DNA of 8,273 nucleotides from Octopus sinensis (GCF_006345805.1 NW_021828494.1:1-8273), one strand, 5' to 3'. Shown: positions 1-6,130, counted from the first letter of the stretch. Notes: generated by a model not told the origin, from the letters alone. A program made the numbers and translations.

Positions 1-150
1 TCTTCAGGTTTTACGTTCTAAGTTCAAATTCCGCCGAGGTAGACTTTACCTTTCATCGTTTCGGGGGTCGATCAAACAAAATACAAGTCGAACCAATACC
101 CCAACCCGGGCACCTTCCCTTAAAATTACTGGCCTTCAGCCAAAATTATA
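1..150 (+). mobile_element. SINE-A copy (tRNA-derived SINE), 5' end outside window
   Basis: B-box-like GTTCAAATTCC at 22-32. Bases 28-72 align with 4107-4150 at about 39/45 columns (manual alignment). Ends in AAAATTACTGGCCTTCAGCCAAAATT plus an A/T-rich tail. Confidence 0.7.
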
Positions 151-434
151 AAAATAATAATTAGTAGTAGTATTACTTACATATTTTGGCCCAGCGGTGT
201 GTGTAGGTCACACAAATTGGAGGAGATTGTTTTCGTGTCTTTCCCCCCTCTCCGTTTGACAAGTTTCCAGGCACCTGTAGGAAAAAAAGAAAGGAAAAAG
301 AAATTGATAATTATATATTTCAGTAGATGCGTAATTAGGAAGAGACGGAGAAGAAGGGTGGGGTGAAGAGGCATTTATCACAGCAAAACATGTAAAAGCC
401 TACTTTTTGCATCTATTGGCGGATGGGCGGGCGG

Positions 435-900
435 ACACACAGACACACACACACATATACAACATACACATACACAGAGACAAGGTCATAAACCCCACAT
501 ACTCGGCCATACACATATAAATACATACATACACACACATAGATACACACACACTCATACATACATACATAGATATACACACACACATACATAGATACAC
601 ACCACTCACATAGATACATACACACACATACATATATATATATAGATAATACACACATACACATACATATATAGATACACACACACACATATATATACAC
701 ACATACATATATAGATACACATACACACACACACACACATATATATATACACACATACATATATAGATACATACACACAGACACATATATATAGATACAT
801 ACACACACATACATATATATAGATACACACATATAGATACTTGCACACACACACACATACATAAATACATACATATACTCACACAGACACGAACATACAT
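435..900. repeat. compound (CA)n/(TA)n microsatellite array with recurrent TAGATAC interruptions
   Basis: Directly visible. Exact TAGATAC at about 540, 592, 611, 674, 712, 764, 792, 820 and 834. Explains the minus-strand C/V/Y ORFs 400-922. Confidence 0.97.
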
Positions 901-1140
901 AGACGCGCTTACAGGCCAACATCTATGTACGTATCTAACAAACTTGTAAAATAAGCGCGCAGAAGCCGTACGTCATGAAAACGTCAACGACCTCCGACAA
1001 CAAGATGAAAACAAGATTAATATATTTCAATAAGGAAAAAGAAAAAGAAAAAACTGATAAAAAACAAAGCACCGAGAAATAAATTAACTCTAAATAAACG
1101 TATCAAATATAAAAAAAAACCCTAACTAGATCCTGTTACC

Positions 1141-1161
1141 AAAAAAAAAAAAAAAAAAAAA
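1141..1161 (+). repeat. poly(A)21 tract
   Basis: 21 consecutive A. Confidence 0.95.
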
Positions 1162-1198
1162 GCTGTCATCCATTCGTGTTTACACAACGTTTACGCAG

Positions 1199-1304
1199 CA
1201 TTAGGCGAATTGGTTTGTTGTACGAATACCATTAGGGTATTCGTAGATTCGGTTCCATCCGAGGTCGTTGTTAACTGTCAGCGCAAGATCTTACTGTTTA
1301 TTTG
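1199..1304 (+). other. candidate exon (speculative)
   Basis: TTTACGCAG acceptor-like at 1198; strong donor TG|GTGAGT at 1305; one open frame; lies in unique, repeat-free sequence. Confidence 0.2.
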
Positions 1305-1501
1305 GTGAGTGGAAATAGAAAAATTAGTGAAATGCGCATTTGAATGTAGCGCCTTCTTTACCACATGTGGCAGGAATGTGTGTGGAAGTTGCGTATTTAC
1401 AAAATATTTATATTCCGCAGCGCATCTGAGATGTGACATCAATCAGGTAGATTTCCGCAATTAAATATCACACACCTTGGTGGAAATGGGTTCTGTTTCA
1501 G

Positions 1502-1542
1502 CCGCGGTTCGGCAATGGTCTTGTCAGTGGACTTGGAAGACG
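1502..1542 (+). other. candidate 41-nt exon containing ATG in good Kozak context (MVLSVDLED..)
   Basis: TTCTGTTTCAG acceptor ending 1501; CG|GTAAAC donor at 1543; GCAATGG at 1512-1518. No recognisable homology. Confidence 0.22.
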
Positions 1543-1546
1543 GTAA

Positions 1547-1565
1547 ACACACACACACACACACA

Positions 1566-1600
<35 letters not shown>
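1547..1600. repeat. head-to-head (AC)11(GT)16 microsatellite palindrome
   Basis: (AC)11 at 1547-1568 directly abuts (GT)16 at 1569-1600 with no spacer. Confidence 0.97.
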
Positions 1601-1603
<3 letters not shown>

Positions 1604-1749
1604 CCATATCTTTATTGATATTATTTTGTCTTGCTCTATTACGTTTTGGTTGTTTGCTAAATTTTTCTTGAGAACATCTCTTAGTGGTAGGACCATAGTG
1701 GATCTACTTCTAGCATAACGGTATCCACATAGTGGTTTCCCTCTCATGT

Positions 1750-1947
1750 GTATGTGTAGTCGCCATCATAGATCGTTAGCCACTACACACATTTTTTTCT
1801 CTCCTTGTTTTTTTTTTTTGTGTCCCTTTCTGTAGAAGAGCGTAGGTTCGAAACGTAAAAGACTTTTTCTATTCCTGAGCGTTATACTAATACATCTGTT
1901 TTTGTACACCACCTGTCTTCGTCTTTTGTTGTTTTCGTAAACTTTCC
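1750..1947 (+). mobile_element. probable Penelope-like/retrozyme-type terminal fragment (boundaries uncertain)
   Basis: GAAGAG-CGTAGGTT-CGAAACGTA resembles the hammerhead-bearing ends of Penelope-like elements, followed by a T-rich 3' region and (AT)n. No RT or GIY-YIG ORF seen. Confidence 0.4.
1826..1861 (+). ncRNA. degenerate minimal type I hammerhead ribozyme-like motif
   Basis: CTTT/AAAG stem I; CTG[TAG]AAGA core; G1840-C1849; GAAA 1850-1853; palindromic ACGT stem III; GUA site ending 1857. Confidence 0.4.
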
Positions 1948-1973
1948 ATATATATATATATATCTGTGGTGTG

Positions 1974-2006
<33 letters not shown>
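1948..2006. repeat. (AT)n followed by (TG)n microsatellite
   Basis: Directly visible; same composition as the internal microsatellite of SINE-B. Confidence 0.95.
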
Positions 2007-2008
<2 letters not shown>

Positions 2009-2209
2009 CGTCCCCTACCGCCACTTTACAACCGGCGTCTGTGTGGTCATTGTGTATGCGTTGTCCCAACCACTGCCTGACTTACGTTGGTTTGGTTACG
2101 TCTGTAACTTAGCGCTTCATCTAAAGTAGCCGATAAAAATAAGTAACAAGCTTCTAACAGAATAAGCCCCGAGTTCGATTTGTTCGACTGAACCGTTGAA
2201 GGTGGTGCC
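2005..2209 (+). mobile_element. SINE-B 3' half, decayed, with duplicated start module
   Basis: GTAACTTAGC, CCGATAAAAATAAGTA, AGAATAAGCCCCGAGTTCGATTTGTTCGACT and AAGGTGGTGC are collinear with 8117-8210 and with the reverse complement of 6770-6880. Confidence 0.8.
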
Positions 2210-2571
2210 GAAGCCTGAAATCGATTTTGCCGGCAATCGCCACTTGATTACATTAAACAAATATTATACCAATACTTTCAGCTTGTCTGGGAACCAGCTA
2301 ACGACCGTTTAATAGCATCACCCGTCTGCATAATAAAATGATTACCACATACATACACATGCACTATATTATAAATACAACTTTTTTCGTTTCCTATTCA
2401 AAAAAGAGATGTACATCGCTTGTTACGAGGACGTCAACCTCCCGACTTGGCAAATGTACAACTTTTTTTTACATTATAGGGAGTTTGTGTGTGTTGTGTG
2501 TGTTTTGTGATGGTCGAATGGCCAAGACGTTCCCAAAGTTGAGTCAACAAGTGGGTCGACCAAAATCTTTT

Positions 2572-2612
2572 GGAGCGAAACTAGGTACGAGGAAAACCTG
2601 CTGAAGAGAGAC
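2572..2612 (+). ncRNA. hammerhead-like motif with complete core in type II order (function unproven)
   Basis: C2576-GAAA-C-TAG-G-TA(2587), hairpin CGAGG-AAAA-CCTG, CTGAAGA (2601-2607), G2608. Closing stem II is only about 1 bp plus mismatches. Confidence 0.3.
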
Positions 2613-2920
2613 TAATGTGACCACAATATTAGGAAATGGACCAGCTTTATTTCTCATACACTGAGTCACGTTGATTCTGATCGAGAAAAAAAAACGTCTA
2701 CGAGATACTCAACCACTTACATACATTTTATACCTCAATGAACAGGTAATTCAATTGAACGAGTAAGCAAAATACTAAACGTTGAAACCGACAGAGATCA
2801 GTCTATGCCTTCCGTTCACCTTTATCCCGGAAGAGGAAGCAACAGTGTTCATAGTATTGGAAAGTTATTTCCAGTTGATAAGACTAATGCGGCGAACGTT
2901 TGGTTTGAACATCTTTAAGG

Positions 2921-2975
2921 TTGAGCAATTGTTGTTTATTATGGCCCAGGGCCGACCAAAACCTTATGAGTGGAT
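2921..2975 (+). mobile_element. SINE-B internal fragment
   Basis: TTGAGCAATTGTTGTTTATTATGGCCCAGGGCCGACCAAAACCTTATGAGTGGAT aligns to the reverse complement of 7012-7065 (TTGAGCAAGTGTCTTCTACTATAGCCTCGGGCCGACCAAGCCTTGTGAGTGGAT). Confidence 0.8.
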
Positions 2976-3068
2976 AAATGTTCGCCATTTCTATAAACCT
3001 TCTCATATCTATTCAGGCACCAAATCCTCTCCCCACCGCGATCTCCAAGATTCTTTCTTTCTGTTTGA

Positions 3069-3094
3069 GTGTGTGTGTGTGTGTGTGTGTGTGT
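3069..3094. repeat. (GT)13 microsatellite
   Basis: Directly visible. Confidence 0.97.
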
Positions 3095-3562
3095 AGCGTT
3101 CAATTACTCATTGCCTGCAACCAAGCTTCTTCTATCCACTCACACTGCACTTCTTATGCTAACTCGCTTTGACTCCCTTCTTCACCCCCCCTCTCCCGTG
3201 TCCCTCTAAGGCACAACTAGAGATCGCAACCAACCAACCGACCCACCCAGCCACAATGATATCGGTTAAAAACAGAGATCATCCATATCGAGAGAGAGCG
3301 AAGTGGTAAAAGTGGGGTGGATGCAGGGAGAGAAATGTTAAAGAAAGACCGGAATAGAATATTTGGTACCCCAACAAGACAAAATTTGTTGGTTGGGGGG
3401 ATTGTTGTTATAACGAACAATGCTCGCTTGTGTGGTATTATCTGCATAGGGAGGTGGTTTGGTAGACGTAACAGCAATGTTGTGAAGCACGGGATGTGTG
3501 TGTGTGTGTGTTGTGTGTGTGAGACGTATGTGTAAGAGTAATTGTGTCCAGGAGCATGTAAG

Positions 3563-3564
<2 letters not shown>

Positions 3565-3594
<30 letters not shown>
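3565..3594. repeat. (GATA)7 tetranucleotide microsatellite
   Basis: Directly visible. Confidence 0.97.
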
Positions 3595-3618
3595 AACACA
3601 CACACAGGCATACAAATA

Positions 3619-3840
3619 CGAAGGGTTTCTCAAAAGAGCCTAGCTTTAAGGGTATCACGGAAGCCCTGGCTGGAGGTACAACCTTCCGAGTTCTTTTACA
3701 GGACTTAGGAAAACTGAAGGACCACCATAATAAGTGTGTGAATCTGGGGCAGGGCGAATACCTTGAATAAATTCATAATTAAGTGACCCTCCCATATTTT
3801 CTTTCACCCAAGGCCAGGGACTTTTCAATACTACTCCGTG
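3619..3840 (+). mobile_element. mariner-derived non-autonomous element (MITE), 222 bp
   Basis: TA on both sides (3617-18, 3841-42). Imperfect inverted termini: left CGAAGGGTTTCTCAAAAGAGCCTAGCTTT, right reverse complement CACGGAGTAGTATTGAAAAGTCCCTGGCCTT, sharing AAAAG..CCT.GC.TT. Internal transposase C-terminal remnant. Confidence 0.75.
3667..3770 (+). pseudogene. frameshifted C-terminal remnant of mariner (DD34D-type) transposase
   Basis: WLEVQPSEFFYR (3667-3702), frameshift, LGKLKDHHNKCVNLGQGEYLE* (3705-3770). Matches the mariner C-terminal pattern W..Q..EF...G..KL..RW.KC....GEY.E*. Confidence 0.7.
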
Positions 3841-3854
3841 TATAATATATATAT

Positions 3855-3858
<4 letters not shown>

Positions 3859-3904
<46 letters not shown>
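3859..3904. repeat. (AC)23 microsatellite
   Basis: Directly visible. Confidence 0.97.
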
Positions 3905-3908
<4 letters not shown>

Positions 3909-3962
3909 ACCATGGAATGATACTGAACCCAAACTCCTTAACGACAAGACCATGCCTGCACC
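3905..3962 (-). mobile_element. SINE-B tRNA-like head only, decayed
   Basis: Reverse complement GGTGCAGGCATGGTCTTGTCGTTAAGGAGTTTGGGTTCAGTATCATTCCATGGTACCT aligns to head 7852-7928 with an internal gap. Confidence 0.65.
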
Positions 3963-3968
3963 ATATCA

Positions 3969-4080
3969 TTTTCTTTTGTTTCAGTCACTGGACTGCGACC
4001 ATGCTGTGGCACCACTGCTATGTTATGTGGCCATAAACAAACCAACACTGGTTGCCAAGGTGGTGGAGATACAGACACAC
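3969..4080 (-). mobile_element. SINE-B 3' half with about 80-nt internal deletion
   Basis: TTGTTTCAGTCACTGGACTGCGACCATGCTG matches 6738-6768; ATAAACAAACCAACACTGGTTGCCAAG matches 6877-6904. Confidence 0.8.
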
Positions 4081-4106
4081 ACATATATATGAAAGAAACC
4101 CGTGAT

Positions 4107-4251
4107 ATTCCGCCGAGGCCGACTTTGCCTTTCATCCTTTCCGGGTCGATAAATAAAGTACCAGTTACGCACTGGGGTCGATGTAATCGACTTAATCCGT
4201 GTCTGTCTTTGTTTGTCCCCTCTATGTTTAGCCCCTTGTGGGCAATAAAGA
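4107..4251 (+). mobile_element. SINE-A copy, 5'-truncated, alternative 3' tail
   Basis: Homologous to 28-72, continues GTACCAGTTACGCACTGGGGTCGATGTAATCGACTTAATCC...GCCCCTTGTGGGCAATAAAGAA into (AT)n. Confidence 0.8.

Positions 4252-4279
<28 letters not shown>
4252..4279. repeat. (AT)14 microsatellite
   Basis: Directly visible. Confidence 0.97.
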
Positions 4280-4282
<3 letters not shown>

Positions 4283-4338
4283 ACGCAGTGGGACAAAACC
4301 TTGAGCCATGTGGTTGGGAAGCAAGCTTCTTACCACAC
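4279..4338 (-). mobile_element. SINE-B tRNA-like head only, well preserved
   Basis: Reverse complement GTGTGGTAAGAAGCTTGCTTCCCAACCACATGGCTCAAGGTTTTGTCCCACTGCGTGGCA closely matches 7866-7925. Confidence 0.85.
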
Positions 4339-4357
4339 ACACACACGGACGTGCGCG

Positions 4358-4489
4358 CGACGGGCTTCCTTTGGTTTCCTTCTACCATATCTACTAATAG
4401 GTCGGCCCGGGGCTGTACCAGACAGTCAAGGCGCATGCAGTAGGACTGAACCAGGAATCGTGTGGCAGGGAAGCAAGTACCTACCACAT
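4358..4489 (-). mobile_element. SINE-B 5' half, decayed
   Basis: CGACGGGCTTCC, TCTACCA, GGTCGGCCCG, GACTGAACC and GGGAAGCAAG..CTACCACA are collinear with 6981-7117. Confidence 0.8.
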
Positions 4490-4901
4490 TCAAAATACAC
4501 CCCAAGTTCCAAACCATTCTAACAGCACTACTACTCCATTACAGACTTCTTGGAATAGGGCCAGACCCCACAGAAGCAAAATGCCAAGAAGGAACTGGGA
4601 CACGTTTTTGAAATTTGCCCAGCATCATGGGAAGGAAATACGAATTATATGGATGTAAACGCTCTTTTGTCTTCGTGTTAATAAAGAGGGGGGAAAGGGG
4701 TGGAAATTTTCAATTGTTTTCGTGAGCTGGGGGGAGGCGGGGGACATGGAATATTGCCATTTGTCCATTTGAGTACAGGTAAACGAGATTTATTATCTCA
4801 GAGGGCAACGACCTTCATTCTTCACGGCCATGGTTGGAAACCAGTGACTGTAGCCAGTGAGAACCATATGAATAATTATTTCCCTGTGGACAGTGTGTAA
4901 T

Positions 4902-5455
4902 GCATATATATATTATATAATATATATATATATATATATAATATATCCATACATATATATATGTATACATACATATATTACATGCATATATATATACATA
5001 TATACATGCATATATATAAACATACATATATATATATATATACATGCATATATATATACATATATACATGCATATATATAAACATACATATATATATATA
5101 CATGCATATATATATACATACATACATGCATATATATATACATATATATATATACATACATACATGCATATATATATACATATATATATATATACATATA
5201 TACATGCATATATATATACATATATACATGCATATATATATATATATACATACATGCATATATATATACATATATACATGCATATATATATATATACATA
5301 CATAAATACATGCATATATATACATGCATACACACACACTCATATATATACATACACATATATATATTTATACATACACACACACATATATGCATACACA
5401 CACACACACAAACATACACATATAGACACACACACAACTATATAAAGACACATGC

Positions 5456-5494
<39 letters not shown>

Positions 5495-5575
5495 TATAAT
5501 ATACACACACACACATGCATACAACAACATCCATATACAGAACCATGCACACATACATATCTAGTCAAATACATT
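4902..5575. repeat. large (TA)/(CA) compound satellite with CATGCA-anchored minisatellite core (4981-5330)
   Basis: 13 CATGCA anchors between 4981 and 5323; 24-bp unit CATGCATATATATATACATATATA identical at 4981, 5043, 5203 and 5253. Confidence 0.97.
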
Positions 5576-5921
5576 TACACACACAAATCTACAGATTTGT
5601 GTGTGTATGCATTCATACACAAACACAAAGAGAGAGACACAAGTCACATGGTTAAACGATAGTCGCCATTTCCATTCATTCCCCGATACTATAATAATTA
5701 TAAATAGTATGGACGGTGTATAAATAGAAGTGCGCACGCGCGCGGGTAGGTGCATGTGTATGTGGGAGAGGGGAGGGGGAATATAAAATTAATATTATAA
5801 ATCAGAATAATATTTCATTCATTTACTCCATGGCCACCACCCCTTTCCTTCGCCGCTCTTCCACATCCTCCTCCCCCCACCTTTTCGTTGTACTGCAATC
5901 TCCTCTCCCCACAACCCAATA

Positions 5922-5981
5922 CCTCCCTTTGCCTCCTCTCTCTCTCTCTCTCTCTCCTCTCTCCCTCTACCTTTCCTCTTC
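5922..5981. repeat. polypyrimidine tract containing (CT)10
   Basis: 60 nt with only two purines (5931, 5969). Confidence 0.9.
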
Positions 5982-6001
5982 GTTCTTACATCACAAAGTG
6001 T

Positions 6002-6003
<2 letters not shown>

Positions 6004-6040
<37 letters not shown>

Positions 6041-6130
6041 CTGATGATGACAATATCAGCGATAATAATAATGCTTCCATTGCTGATGAGGATGGTGACT
6101 ATGATGATGATGATGATGATGAAGATAATG
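6004..6130. repeat. (AAT)12 followed by degenerate (GAT)n
   Basis: (AAT)12 at 6004-6039; GAT-rich to about 6130. Confidence 0.95.

Noticed and set aside
400-922. Long C/V/Y-rich ORFs (also 4815-5574 and 7042-7365)
   Set aside because: They are translations of (CA)/(TA) microsatellites, which are largely stop-free in several frames; no coding signal.
1078-1161. AATAAA plus A21 as a retrocopy tail
   Set aside because: Nearest AATAAA (1093-1098) is 42 nt upstream, no TSD and no processed ORF.
985-1270. 10-bp inverted match CAACGACCTC / GAGGTCGTTG as possible TIRs
   Set aside because: Does not extend, no TSD, and a 10-mer match is plausible by chance in 8 kb.
1125-1541. 8-9 nt matches to the 5' parts of miR-279 (1125-1133) and miR-7 (1534-1541)
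   Set aside because: Matches do not continue along the mature sequences and no precursor hairpin forms.
2227-2236. Palindrome TTGCCGGCAA
   Set aside because: Single 10-bp palindrome without supporting context.
4545-4654. Open candidate exon (..MPRRNWDTFLKFAQHHGKEIRIIW) phase-compatible with the 6152 acceptor
   Set aside because: Weak donor context, no recognisable homology, incompatible with the phase of the 1502-1542 exon; expected by chance.
6040-6060. CTGATGA within a GCTGAT/ATCAGC hairpin as a hammerhead or C/D-box core
   Set aside because: Part of the GAT repeat; no matching GAAA or UH elements.
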